Below, piece by piece: positions 20,600 through 34,118 of a stretch of DNA of 64,000 bases. The position numbers and the translations under genes were made by a program. This stretch comes from Squalus acanthias. Its lineage: Eukaryota. The stretch is taken from positions 27,592,001-27,656,000 of the forward strand of contig CM059432.1 of NCBI GenBank assembly GCA_030390025.1, written 5' to 3'. The notes under the pieces were generated by a model, which had not been told where the DNA came from, did not search any database, and was given only the letters and a program-made list of their open reading frames with translations. The first letter of the stretch is position 1. Each line of letters begins with the position of its first letter.

Positions 20600-22570
20600 T
20601 AATCCAGCCACCTACCCTTGACTTTCAATGGTTCCACCATCGCTAAGATTTCCACCATCAACATCGTGGGGGGTCACCAATGATCATCATATTAACTGGG
20701 CCAGATCAACAATGCGACTACAACAGCAGGGCAGAGGCTATGTACTCTCTGACGAATAGCTCATCTCCTGACCCGGCAACGCCTCTCCACCAACGGCAAT
20801 TCTCAAGCCAAGAGTGTGATGGAATACGCACCACTCACCTGAACTGGTGCAGCTGCAACAACACTCAAGAAGTTTGACACCCTCCAGGACAGAGAAGTCT
20901 GCATGATCGATACCCCTGCCACTGGATTCAATAATCATCCCCTCCACCACTGGCGCACTGTGGCTGCGAACTCATTTTTAATGTGGAAGCAAGTTATCCT
21001 CGGTTCCGAGGGATTGCCTAAGAAGACTGTGGCTGCAGTATGTATTTTTCAAAAGGCTTTCGATAAGGTACCACACGGTAGGCTCATGACAATGGTTAGG
21101 GCATGTGGAGTCAGGTGATAAATAGCTAAATGGATAGAAAATTGTCTAAAAATAGAAAGCAGGGAGTTGGGGTAAAGGGTAGTTATTCAGATTGGAGTAG
21201 GTTGGAAAGCGGTGTTCCACAAGGATCAGTGCTGGGACCACTGTTATTCAAAATTTACATTCATGATTTGGACTTAGGAACAAGTAACTCAATATCAAAA
21301 TTTGCAGATGATATCAAACTGGGGGGTATAGCTAACACTGAGGAAGAATGCAACATAATACAAGAAGACATTAGAAAACTTGCAGACTGGACAGTTAAGT
21401 GGCAAATGAACTTTAACATCGATAAATGTGAGGTGATGCACTTTGGTAGGAAAAATAGAAACATCAGCTTCACTTTAGAAAATAAGAAACTGAATGGGGT
21501 AGAAGAGCAAAGGGATCTAGGGATACAGGTCAACAAATCATTAAAAGCATCATTACAGGTAAGCAAAGCAACTAAAAATGCTAACAGAGTACTGGGATTT
21601 ATTTCTAGGGATATAGAATTCAAAAATAATGAAGTTAAGTTAAACTTCTTCAGGATCCTGCTCAGGCCACACTTAGAGTACTGTGCATAGTTCTGGTCTC
21701 CATACTATAAAAAGGACATAGAAACACTGGAGAAAGTGCAAAAAAGATTTACTAGGATGGTACCAGAACTGAGCGATTACAGCTATCGGGAAAGATTGAA
21801 CAGGTTGGGACTTTTAAGACTTAGAGGTGACCTGATAATGGTCTTTAAAATGATGAATGGGTTGGACAGGGTAGATGTGGAGAGAATGTTTCCACTTGTG
21901 GGAGAATCTAAAACGAGGGGCCATAAATACAAGATAGTTACAAATAAATCCAATAGGGAAATAAGGAGAAATATCTTTACTCAGAGAGTGATTAGAATAC
22001 GGAACTCACTTCCACAGGAAGAGGTTGAGGCAAATAGCTTAGATGTGTTCAAAAGGAAACTAGACAAATACATGAGAGAAAAAGGAATAGAAAGATATGC
22101 TGAAAGGCTGAGATGAGGTAGATGGAATGGAAGGAGATTCGTGTGGAGTATAAATACTACCACAGACTAGTTGGGCCGAATGGCCTGATTCTGTCCTGTA
22201 TATTCTATGTAATGTACTACCTGCAGAATGCATTGCAGCAACTCACCAAGCCTACTTTAACAGTACCTCCCAGCCACAAGGCCTCTCTTACCAAGAAGGA
22301 CAAGAGCAGCAAGCTCATGGAAATTTCCCCCACCTCCAAGTTCCCCTTCAAATCACATCCCATCCTGACTTGAACATATGCTGCTGTTCCTTTATTGCTG
22401 CAAGGTCAAATTCTTGGAATTCCCTATTTAACACCATTGTGGGAGCACCATCAGCACAAGGACTGCAGTGGTTCAAGGAGAAGGCCCACCACCACCTTCT
22501 CAGAGCAAGTAAGAATGGACAATAAAAAGAAAGCAGTTAGTCCAGTATCATCTGTGTCCCGAGAACAAAT
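20600..22570 (+). mobile_element. Family 1 LINE fragment with a nested CR1 (about 21046-22211) and a 58-bp insert
   Basis: Inner CR1 encodes GVPQGSVLGP, KFADDIK and LRGDLI. The outer LINE resumes at about 22212, collinear with 2055-2400. Confidence 0.85.
20968..21025 (+). mobile_element. 58-bp retroposed 3' end (possibly RTE-clade LINE)
   Basis: 11-bp TSD actgtggctgc (20957-20967, 21026-21036), stem-loop cctcggttccgagg, short aag tail. Confidence 0.7.
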
Positions 22571-24127
22571 AATTAAAAAAAATAGGTGCAATATACTTTT
22601 TGACAAAAATTTTTTTTTACTCAAAAGGCAAAGTTCAATGTTCTACCAAACATCAATTAGTGGATGGCTTACACTCCTAGACACAACCAGGACCCTGGAA
22701 TTTCATCTGCGGAGTGCCTCTTTTGTGGCAAGGGCCATTGCTGTTGTCAACGGGTAGAAAGAAATACCTTTGTGTGAGAGATTTTCAAATGCACAGTGCT
22801 TGTGATCCATTGCCAAGAGAACAGAAACTTCTGCTCAAATTATTGAATGTAATTGTTGGTTATTTGTTTTGGGATCTGGGTATAGATGTTGTAACTGAAG
22901 CACAGGACATCATCTGATTTGCTGTGGCATGATCTTTGAACCAGTTTCCAAAGTCTACCTGGATTCATTGCTAAATGATGCTCATGAGCTGGAGACAAAA
23001 GGTGTTGTGCTCCGCCTCCACTGATTGACTTTGTGCCTATTCTGGAAATATCAAAGGTTCATCTTACTGCGGTTGTAAAGATAAATACTACTCCCTTGAA
23101 CCACAACTTTATTGAAGAGACTGTCAATTTGGATTTGGCGATAAAGAATGATAAAAATTTGTAGACTGCCAAAAGCAGAAAGGAAGAACAAACAGCCAGC
23201 AGTGTACAGTTGTAACAGGAAGCCCGCCGTGCTCTGAGCTTGTTTCCTTCTCAGGATGTGGTCAAATCCTCATACCCTCCACCAGCTTCAGATGTAGCAC
23301 TGGACATGGCACTGCCTGAGAAAAGTCGTTTGTTAAAAGAACGCAGTAGGTTAGCAAGCGAGCAACCAACAGAAAGATTGCATGCGACACACAGCAGAGC
23401 AAGCTCAACTCAATACACTGACCGATATGTACTTTTTACAGTTGCTTTTGCGTCTGTTAGTTCGGAAGTTTCAGCAGGTATTCCCAGCCGCTGCTCTTAG
23501 TGCGTCCCGGAAGCCTTATTTAGCTTTCAGCCAGATGTGAGAGACCTGCGCTTCCAGGAAAAGGTGCTGTGGGAAGGCATCAAGCAGTGGCCATGCACCC
23601 CACCCAATGGGAAGAGGGGAGGAAGGGAAAAATAGGCAGGATGGTAATCTCTGGCCTTTTGTGGTGCCACTTCTATTTGCCAGTATTGATTGAGGCCTGC
23701 GATTGATTGACACCTGCCTTCTCAGCTGCAGGTCATGTGCAGCTTATGAGGATTATGAAGGGAAATGACAACATTGATCCTGGCAAATTGTTCATGTTGC
23801 TAAAGGGTTCAAATACTGGTGGACATAAGTTAAAAATTAGGAAGTCAGCGTAAGTAGAGAAACAAGGCAAAACTTTTCCATCCTAAGGATATTCGACTTG
23901 TGGAGACTTGGGACACCACTGAATTGGACAGTAGAAATGGGTTCAAGGGGCTTGTGTTTTTCGAGGGAACAAGGATTGTGGAGTATGAGAGTAAGTTCCA
24001 TGATCCTGTACTCCCAGCAGGAATCCATGCCTGCATGGCGTGCAAGTTGGAGAACCGAGGTTACAATGTCGTGGCCCTACTCTGGTCCATGTGCCCGTTG
24101 AGTACGACTTCCTCACCATATCACTTT

Positions 24128-25301
24128 GGACTGGAGTTTCCGCTCGGTTGCGCTGTTTTTTTCTCGATGCAATTCACCCAAAATCGGCCAAACCAGCGCA
24201 AAAGACCGAGGAATTTCAAGCGCAAATTACGTTCAGCGCAGATCGAGTTTCTGTGATCTTTCGCGCTAGTTTATAAAACAACGCGCTGGAAGCCGGCCCC
24301 GCCCACAAAACTGGCCACACCCCCAGATCGAATTAATCACTATGGCGAGTTGCCGCTAATTGTGCCCATTTGCAGACCTTCAAGGAGGCCCTTAAAATGA
24401 AGCTTTTTTTGTGCACAAGGGCACTGATAGGTAACTTTTAAATATTAAAAAATATTTAATTTACAAAGAAACTGACTACTGTACACCAATGAAACTAGTA
24501 AATGGTTCTGGATAGCTTTTAAAGTCATTTTAAGTTATTTTAAAATTGGGTTACACACAGGTGGTGTGTCAGCTGTGGCTCAGTTGGTAGCATCCTCGCT
24601 TCTGAGTCAGAAGGTTGTGGGTTCATAGTCCCACTCCAGGGACTTGAGCACATAAAGTCTAGGCTGACACTCCAGTGCAGTGCTGAGGGAGTGCTGCACT
24701 GTCGGAGGTGCTGTCTTTTGGATGAGACGTTAAACCGAGGCCCCCCGTCTGCTCTCCCTCAAATGGACGTAAAAGATCCCACGGCACTATTTCGAAGAAG
24801 AGCAGGGGAGTTATCCCTGGTGCCCTGGCCAATATTTATCCCTCAACAATCAACATCACTAAAACAGATTATCTGATCATTATCACATTGCTGTTTGTGA
24901 GAGCTTGCTGTGCGCAAATTGGCTGCCGTGTTTCCCACATTACAACAGTGACTACACTCCAAAAAAGTACTTCATTGGCTGTAAAGCGCTTTGAGATGTC
25001 CGGTGGTCATGAAAGGCGCTATATAAATGCAAGTCTTTCTTTTCGACACACTGATTAAAAATTTTTTTTTGATAAACCCATTTTCAGTTGTATTAATAAA
25101 ATTGCACCAGGTTACCGCTCTTAAATATAACAAGGACTATTTTTTAATGTAAGGAGAAAAAATTACATTCTAAAACACTGGTTCAAGGACGATTTTATGT
25201 TTATGATTATGCAAATGAATTTGAGTGGAAACTTGAACCATAAAATTCAATTCGGAAAACCAGCTCAATTGTGATTGTGCCCAAAGCAGAAACTCTGGCC
25301 C
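24128..25301 (+). mobile_element. Non-autonomous DNA transposon with a nested SINE
   Basis: Imperfect TIRs ggactggagtttccgc / gcagaaactctggccc; homologous to 2933-3603. Confidence 0.75.
24566..25044 (+). mobile_element. Full-length tRNA-derived SINE (LF-SINE-like body)
   Basis: A box tggctcagttgg, B-box-like ggttcatagtccc, tail aggcgctatataaatgcaagtctttct. At least eight copies occur in the window. Confidence 0.9.
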
Positions 25302-26487
25302 TACATCTTGCTATTTGTGCATAAAGTTAGTCCAACAAAAATGACGCATGGATTTTCAACCTCTTTTCCTCACTGGATTGTGCCAGTTACCCTGCAGTGA
25401 GGAGGTAGGGCTGATCAGTCAAAAAAAAGGATGGGCATAATGGTGTCCGAAAAATTCTTAGGCAAAGATTTGCTGCGTACCAGCTAGATCGCAGAGATGG
25501 TGGAAATGCTTCTACGATTTAGCAAACCAAACAAATCTTCTTGCTAAAATTTACGATGTCGCTGACTAGATCTTGCCACCTTCTGTTCTCATGAAACCAG
25601 GTGCATTTGGAAAAAAATACAGAGTGAAATTTTCTTCCAAAACCTAAGGGAAATTCCTGTCAGAGACTTTAACAATGTGTTTCATATGTTTAGACTGTAA
25701 CTACAGCTGGGGGGAAAAAACAGGTGCTGGGGGTGGGGTTGCAGTTTATTTTGCTAATTCCACTTTAAAGTATTTTACATTTGATGATAAACAGCAGTAT
25801 GACAGGAAATGTGAATATTTTGAGAACTGCTAGGGAAATTCAAGTGCAGCCCTTTAAAGGTACACTGACTTCATGGAAAAGTGTTGGGCAAATATTTTTC
25901 TGTTTTCAAACACTCAACATTAGAACCCAAATCATATCAAAAATCATTATCTTGTGACCTGCACATGTCGCTAGTTAAATGTCACACGGGGTTTCAACCT
26001 CTTTTCCCTTGCAAAAGAAAGGTTTGCCAAACACTCTTTAAAAAAAATGTTTTTACAATTATTTTTCACCTCAATTTTCTCTAACGGTGCTGATTTGTTG
26101 CAGCCCTCTGGCACTGAGCACGAGTGGCCATTCTTCAAGTATGAGCCCAGTAAGTTTTATCGGGCTATTCAACTAAGGAGTGCATACAACCAAGCCTAAT
26201 CCTGCCCTCATCCGATGTCCACGCATGCACTTTCCAGCAGAAGTAACTGAATTTAAAGACTGAGGCACTTGTCAAAGACTGAAGATTAAACCAGGGACTT
26301 TTTAGTCTATGTGTTTGAGATACTCACAGTCCCAATGAGTGAGTCATTAAGAGAAATATGGCCTCAATTTGTCATATAAATCTAGTATGGTATGAACCAT
26401 CTATGGCTCAGCAAATATCCGCTATTTGGTCTGTCATTTGGGAACGCCAAAAAAATTACAGATTTTCCATGTCTAGCAGTTGTATCA

Positions 26488-26944
26488 GTGTCAGCCTTGG
26501 CTCAGTGGTAGTAGCACTCTTGCCTCTGAGTGAGATGGTTGGAGGTACAAGGCCTGCCACTTGATTTGAGCACATAATGGAGGCTGACACTTCAGTGCAG
26601 TAGTGATGAAGTGCTGAATCGTCGGAGGCGCTATCTTTTGTGGCGACATTAAACCGAACCCCTGTCCTGTCTGCCCTCTCAGGTGGATGCAAAAGATCCC
26701 ATGGTACTATTTAAAGTGCAGGGAAATGCCTGTTTTTTCCCTGTTGTCCTGGTCAGCATTTGTCCCTCAACCAACACCACCAAAAAAACAGCTTAACTGG
26801 TCATTTACCTCATTGCTGATTGTGGGACATTGCTGAGTGTCAATTGGCTGCTGCACCTGCCAACAAGACAATAGTCTCTACACTTCAAAAGTAATTCATT
26901 GGCTGTGATGCACTTTGGATGTGAAAGGCACTATATAAATGCAA
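26488..26944 (+). mobile_element. tRNA-derived SINE; tail split by a MITE
   Basis: Collinear with 24566-25044; the tail resumes at 27842. Confidence 0.85.
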
Positions 26945-27841
26945 GGGGAGAAATTCAGTATCGTCCCGTTTGGGGCGCAATTATCGGCTGGGCGCAAAGT
27001 TTAGCGCCTGGCGCTAATTATCGCCTCCGACTGCAAACTTGGCTTCTATCACCCCTGGAGGTGATTGGAGCGCTAAATCAGGCGCTACACACCTCTCTTA
27101 AGGTGCTAACGCCAAGGAGCGAGGCGCCAACTCAGAGTGCTGGCGAAGCTCATGCGATGGCAGTCAACAATGGAACACAGACACACTGGCGCCAGCCAAT
27201 TCTTAAAGGGGAGTGTCGATCTTGCTCTCCGTCCACACCCTGCTCATTGCAGCCTTGAATCTCGGCCTGGAGAGACCTGTACATCAAATCTACTGGAAAG
27301 AACAATGGAGAGGCCCAGGGAAAGAGCTCAGAGTCCAGCCCCCATAGTCTCTTCTAAATCGATGCAAGGAAAGTCAAATCAAAATGAACCTGCAAATTGC
27401 TGCTCAGTACCCAAAACTCCTTCACACAGCATTGAATCTCTCCAGAAGTGTCTCTCTCTCTCTCTCTCTCAGAATGCGTGGTGCAAAAATGTCGCCGACA
27501 AAAAAAGTCAGGAAGCAGCCGCCTTTAAATAGCGCTCCCCCTGTCCCTTCCTGACTGCAAAACGTTTCCCTCAACCTGTCGTTGCTAGCGGCAGGCGGTA
27601 AGGCAGGGGGCGCCACTCAATATCCGGTCCGGGGCGCTACCGGGGCGTTGCACGCTCGACTGACGTCACGATCTGTGGGCACAGGAGATCATGGCAGTAG
27701 TGTTTAGCGCCGCCGCAAAATGTCTGGTCAATTTCGCGAGCGCTGCAAACATCGCCGCGCCTGGGCGCTAGTTGCTTTGCGCCCCAGTAGCGCCCTCTTA
27801 GGGCGTTAATGGGAGGCGCAAAGCAACCGAATTTTTCCCCC
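26945..27841 (+). mobile_element. CpG-rich Harbinger-type MITE (subfamily B)
   Basis: Termini ggggagaaattc / gaatttttccccc. A 3-bp duplication restores the SINE tail aaatgcaagtct. Confidence 0.88.
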
Positions 27842-28218
27842 AAGTCTGTTCTTTCTGTCCCTGAAACAAGATTCCAAATTTTGCAACTTTCCTCTTCCAA
27901 CGCACGCTCTTGCTCAACAGAACTATGGATCAGAGAATAGAGTGCGGAGGTCAGTGCATCTAATTTGTGGCTCTATGAATTTTTCAGTCAAATGGCCTCA
28001 AAATTGGGAGCACTGAGAATCCCTGGAACAGAGTCTCACAAAATTTACCCTTTTGTTGAACTTCAAAGATTAAAGTCCAATTCAGTTAATCCATTAAATA
28101 TCAAAACCACAAAGATTCCCAGAATCATCTGCTAGTGTTTCCAGGAAGGCCTAGGGTGGTAATGATTAGTGGCTGAATAAAATGAGCAAGGGGCACAAAA
28201 CCAACAGAGGTACGTCGT

Positions 28219-29900
28219 AAATAGAAACAGAAAATGCTGGAAACACTCAGCAGGCCAGGCAGCATCTGTGGAGAGAGAAACAGAGTTAACGTTTCAGGTC
28301 AAAGACCCTTCATCAGAACTGGCAAAGGTTAGAGATGTAACAGGTTTTAAGCAAGTACAGAGGCAGGGAAAGGGGGGAGGGGAGGAAAGAACAAAAGGGA
28401 AGGTCTGTGATAGGGTGGAAGGCAGGAGAGATTAAAAGACAAAAGGGATGATGGGGCAAGGCAAAAGGGGTTGGCAATGGGACAAGTAAAGAAACAAAAA
28501 ATGGTTCTAGAGGAGCTGTAAATGGCAACAGCAGATTCATTGCCAGCAACTGCTGTCTGAAAAAAATGGGAGAGTGGTTATGATCTGAAATTGTTGAATC
28601 CAATGTTGAGTCCAGAAGGTTGTAAAGAGTCTAATCGAAAGATGATGTGCTGTTCCTAGAGCTTCCGTTGAGCTTCATTGAAACAAAGAGGACAAAGAGG
28701 TCAGAGTGGGAGCGGGGTGGTGAATTAAAATGGCAAGCGAACAGAAGCTCAGGGTCACGCTTATGGACTGAATGGAGGTGTTCTGCAAAGTGATTACCCA
28801 ATCTGCGTTTGGTATCGTGAGAAATGAATGCAGTATATTAAATTGAAAGAAGTACAAGTAAATCACTGTTTCACCTGGCAGGAGGGTATGGGGCCCTGGA
28901 TGGTGGGAAAGGAAGAGGTGAAAGGGCAGGTGTTGCATCCCCTTCGCTTGCAAGGGAAGGTGCTGTGGGAAGGGGAGCTGGTGCTGGGGTGATTGAAGAG
29001 TGGACCAGGGTGTCACGGAGGGAACAGTCCCTTCGGAATGCTGAAAGGGTGAGTAAGATGTTTGGTGGTGGCATCACGCTGGAGGTGGTGGAAATGGCGG
29101 AGGATGATCTGTTGAATATAGAGGCTGGTGGGGTGGAAGGTGAGGATAAGGGGAACCCTATTGTGGTTCTGCGAGGGAGGAGAAGGGGTGAGTGCAGAAG
29201 TGCAGGAAATGGGATGGACACTGTCGAGGGCCCTATCAACCATGGTGGAGGGGAATCCTTGGTTGAGAAAAAAGGAAGACATATCAGAAGCACTGGTGTG
29301 GAAGGTGGCATCGTCAGAACAGATGCGACGGAGACGGAGAAATTGGGAGAATGGAATATAGTCCTTACAGAAAGCGGGGTGGGAGGAAGTGTAATGATGG
29401 CAGCTGTGAGAGTTAGTGGGCTTATAGTAGATATTGGTCGACAGCCTAACCTCCCTAGAAATGGAGATAGGGAAGTCAAGGAAGGGACGAGTCAGAGTCA
29501 GAGATGGACCATGTGAAGGTGAGGGAGAGGTGGAAATTGGAAGCAAAGTTGATTAAGTTTTCTAATTCGGGCTGAGAACAGGAAGTGGTGCCGATACAGT
29601 CATCAATGTTCCGGAAAAAGAGGTGAGGGAGGAGACCTGAGTAGGACTCGAATAAAGAATGTTTCACGCATCCCACGAAAAGGCAGGCATAGCTAGGACC
29701 CATACCGGTTCCCATAGCAACACCTTTTATTTGGAAGAAGTGAGTGGAGTCAAAGAGAAGTTGTTCAATTAAGAACAAGTTCAGCCAGGTGGAGGAGGGT
29801 GGTGGTGGATGGGGACTGGTTGGGCCTCCGTTCAAGGAAGAAACGGAGAACCCTCAGACCGTTCTGCTGGGGGCGGAGGTGTAGAGGGAGTGGACTTTCT
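28219..29900 (-). mobile_element. Penelope-like family B, 5'-truncated and degenerate
   Basis: QIKGVAMGTGMGP, RNIDDCIG, YYKPTNSH, IPFSQFLRLRRICS. Confidence 0.9.
28284..28320 (-). ncRNA. Minimal type I hammerhead ribozyme (family B)
   Basis: Minus strand agtt-CTGATGA-a-gggtc(ttt)gacct-GAAA-cg-tt-aact. Confidence 0.85.
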
Positions 29901-31040
29901 TGGGTTAGGGAAGGGGAAACCAGCCAAGTTTCCTGCTGCTGATCAATATTCAGAAACCCCTGCTGGAAAGAGAGAGGTATGTCGTAAGCTGACTGTGCTC
30001 TCTATTTAAAGTGTAAAGACAAGTTTTATGTATTATTAAATGGCTACTGGGCCTAAGACATCTGTGCTTTCCAATAAGCCATGTAAATATTTGTAGTATC
30101 ATCAACTCCACTCAATCTCTTGAGGGAGGTGACAAATCACAGGCAAAACTTCCAATAAGATAAAGCTCGGTGAAATTTCTTCCCCCAGCTCTTCTGATGG
30201 TGCAGTTGATAAGTGCCCTGCCCGATGTGGAACTGAGCCACACACACCAGGAAAACCCTGGGTTAAATAGCTGGTCTGAGCTGATCCATGAATTGGGAAG
30301 CATTTGAGGTGCTACAATTGAGCTCAGTGCTGTGGATTAGGAAAGGGGAAATCAGCCAAGTGTCCTGCTGTTGATCAATATTCAGGGACACCTGTTGGAA
30401 GGAGAGAGAATGTGTGTGTGTGTGTAGATGTGGGGAAAGGACTGAATTGGGCTTGGCTGTGTTGTTTCCGTTGTTCACTAAGCCGTTAACACTTATTGAA
30501 TCGTAGCATGGTTCAGCACTGAAGGAGGCCATTTGGCCCATCGTGCATGTGCTGGCTCTTTGAAAGAGCTATCCAATTAGGCCCACTCCCCTGCTCTTTC
30601 CCCATATCCCTGTAAATATTTCCTTGACAGCATCTAGTCCTGAACACTATCCAGTGATGCATATGTGGATGTCAGGTGAGGACAGTTTTGGGAGCGACTG
30701 TAATTTTCTCACATAGTTGAGAATGAGCACTTTGCTAAAATAGCTGAGGATCATTGGTGGCTGCAGAATCGTATCAGTGCTTTCAGGGTAGCCAATTGCC
30801 ACATCCCTACTTGCACTCTAACTGATTAGGTGACCAGAGATTGAGCTGATTGGCTGCTGTGTCCCTTGCCTAATCAGTGGGTACGCAACATTGTTGAACT
30901 AGGAAAGCATCACAGTTGTGCTCAATCCTGTTGTCATCCAATGCCCATGCCTCCAAGGATTTCCAACAGTGGCCATTAGATAGTGATCTGGAGCAAGAAT
31001 CCTGGCTAATATTTCCCCTCCATGGTCCACTGGGACACTA

Positions 31041-31779
31041 TGGGAAAAATTGGGTTGCTTTGCGTCTCCCATTAGCGCCCCCGGGAGCGCTAACAGGGCG
31101 CAAAGCCACTAGCGCCCGGGCGCGGCACCGCTAACGCCTCCCGCGAACTTCAGCAGGAGCTTAGCGGTGGCGGTAGCCGATAGTGCCCTGCGGCGCTGTG
31201 CCTCCAACGACGATGCCATCGCCGTGTGCAGCGCCCCGCTTGCGCCCCTGGCCGCAAACTTCAGCTGCGCTCCCTGACCTATCGCCGGACGATATGTCCG
31301 ACAGGGTCACGGTGGCGTTTGTGCAGCTGCGGCGGCGGTATTTAAAGGGGCAGGTGTCGGGCGGCCATTTTTTTTTCTGGCTGCCTGCCAGCACCTGCCC
31401 CCTTCCCCTCTTTCATTCGGGGTGCCAGCCACAATCGCTCAGCCCGGCACTCCTCTTGAGTGCCGGGGCTGTTTCCATGGCACCCCGGTGGTCCAGCAGG
31501 GCCCCGGTGCACGCAGCGCTAGGCACCGCTTCTTTAACCAGGGGAGGGAGGCCTGTAATACGCTATGTGCCGATGCGTGTGGTGCTGTTGCACGTAGCAC
31601 CGCGATATTCAGTGGTAGCACCCCAGAAAGGAGGGGGAGAGCTTCTAATAGCGTCCCACCGCCTGCTTGGGGCACTATCACTCGATTTATGGCACGGGGC
31701 GCTAACTTTTTCGGGGTGCTAAAAGTAGCGCCTCGGCGAATTTAGCGCCCCAAAGGGGGCGCCACCGAATTTTTCCCCC
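31041..31779 (-). mobile_element. CpG-rich Harbinger-type MITE (subfamily A)
   Basis: gggaaaaattgg / ccgaatttttccccc; collinear with 42216-42976. Confidence 0.85.
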
Positions 31780-33474
31780 ATAACCCTTATTACCAACTCA
31801 GCTAGGGTTACCCAAATCAATATTGAATACAATTACTGACCAAGCCATTGAAAAAGCTATGTTTTATCACAATTAAATTAGTGACATCACCATAGTTGGG
31901 TCATAAAGTGCTAACTTGGACCAGCAGCATGTACTGCAGCTATTTCTGGCAGTATTTTCCCCTGTATTGTGATGGATGTTTCCTGCCTGCTTTTCTAGCT
32001 CTGGAGGATGACCTTTTGAGCCACCAGCAGGGAGGCCGGAATCAGGGAAATGGAAACTATGATTTCTTTAAAAAAAATACACCACACATTTAAAGGGGAA
32101 GTGTATACGGTTAATTGTTGCACAATTCGATATGTTATAAAGGGACAATATCAGTATACTAATCTGTGTCTTGTACTGTAGTTGGCTCTCATTGCTGTGT
32201 TTTATGCTTAAAACTGCTTGCTATAAACAAATAAGAACTTGCATTTATATAGCGCCTTTAACATAGAAAAACCTCCCAAGGCACTTCACAGAAGTGTAAT
32301 CAGACAAAAATGCAGCGCGAGACAAAGCAGGAAATATTCAGAAGGGGTTTTAAGGAGGATCTGAAAGTAGGAGAGGGAGATTGAGAGGCAGCGAGGTTTA
32401 GGGAGGGACTTCCAGCGAGTGTAGCCTAGACAGCTGAACGCACGACCGCCAACGGTGGGGCGAAGATTGGAGGGTGCACAAGAAGCTAGAATCAGAGGAA
32501 TAGAGAGTTCTGGGGGATCTGAGACAGCAATTTTGTGGCTAACTCCCAATATAATGTTTCACAATGAAACTTGATTTGAGTGGCATTGTGAATTGAGATG
32601 GCAGGCTGTGAGCTTTTCGAGTCTCTCCTGTCTGTCTGTCTGTCTGCCTCCCTCATGGGTCCCGATCCAAGACTCCAAAGGTGCTGAATTAACCCTGGAG
32701 CGATTGGAATTCTAAGAAAAGCTCTGGACAAGAGTTAAGAAATGAGAGTTGGGGCTTCCCTAATGGCTCAGTTGACTAAGGCATAAAGGTAGCTAATCCA
32801 TACAGGCCAGAAAATCCATACATCCATTGTTCAATCACTCGTCTGTGCTGAATTAAATGATGTCAGCACTTCTGGTCAGTAATCAAAGACCCGCGCTGGA
32901 AAGTAATCCCCTGTCTGTAAATGTTGGTCAGGTCAGAATGGGGCTTGGCTGTGATGCAGTAGTTGAAAAGCTTGCTGGCACTCACTGGCTTGGCTCACAC
33001 ATGAAGAATGTCAGACTCATTTTCACTCCTGACTCTTCTGGCTCCATCATGCCCTGTGCTTCACCCATTAATAAAATCTCACCATCACCTTGGAAGGATC
33101 ACTCTGTAATAATGAGTACGATAGAAAGGGTGAATGATGGTGTGGGTGAGGATGTCTGGTAGCATGGCCTGAGGCAGATGGACTGTGCGCATTTTATTCC
33201 TACTCCTCTGCAGCTTCTTGCTTATTTGGAGTAAAAGAAGATGGCGAGGTTAGAATATTTGACACCCTCCAATCCTCGCCTCACCGTTGGCGATCGTACA
33301 TTCAGCCATCTAGACCACACTGGAAGCTCCTCCCTAAACCACTCTGCCTCTCAATCTCCCTCTCCTCCTTTCAGACCCTCTTTAAACCCCACCTCTTCTT
33401 GCTGTATTTTATTTGGAGTATAAGAAGATGGAGAGATTATAATATTTGACAGACAAAATAGAGAGAGAGAGAGA

Positions 33475-33926
33475 GCCTTACATTTATATCCTGCCTTTCA
33501 CGACCACCGGACGTCTCAAAGCGTTTTACAGACAATGATGTACTTTTGGAGTGTAGTCAGTCACTGTTGTAATGTGGGAAACGCGGCAGCCAATTTGCAC
33601 ACAGCAAGCTCCCCAAACAGCAATGTGATAATGAGCAGATAATCTGTTTTAGTGATGTTGATTGAGGGATAAATATTGGCCAGGACACCGGGGATAACTC
33701 CCCTGCTCTTCTTCGAAATAGCGCCATGGGATCTTTTACGTCCACCTGGGAGAGCAGACGGGGCCTCGGTTTAACGTCTCATCCAAAAGACGGCCCCGCT
33801 GACAGTGCAGCACTCCCTCAGCACTGCACTGGAGTGTCAGCCTAGATTTATGTGCTCAAGTCCCTGGAGTGGGACTTGAACCCACAACTTCTGACTCAGA
33901 GGCGACCACTGAGCCACAGCTGACAC
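33475..33926 (-). mobile_element. tRNA-derived SINE
   Basis: Reverse complement of 24566-25044. Confidence 0.9.
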
Positions 33927-34118
33927 TATAATAAAGTGTGCTGAGCTGCATTTAACGGAGCACGAACAGTTAAAGAAAGAAGAAAGAACATTTATACGGT
34001 GTCTTTCACAGCCGAAGGATGACCCATTGCGCTTTACAGCCAATGAAGTACTTTTGAAGTGTAGACCCTGCTGTAATGTAGGAAATCGGTCAGTAAGATT
34101 AGCCACGCCCACTGGAAC

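Noticed and set aside
24566..24640. tRNA gene
   Set aside because: tRNA-derived SINE head followed by the SINE body; no full cloverleaf or terminator.
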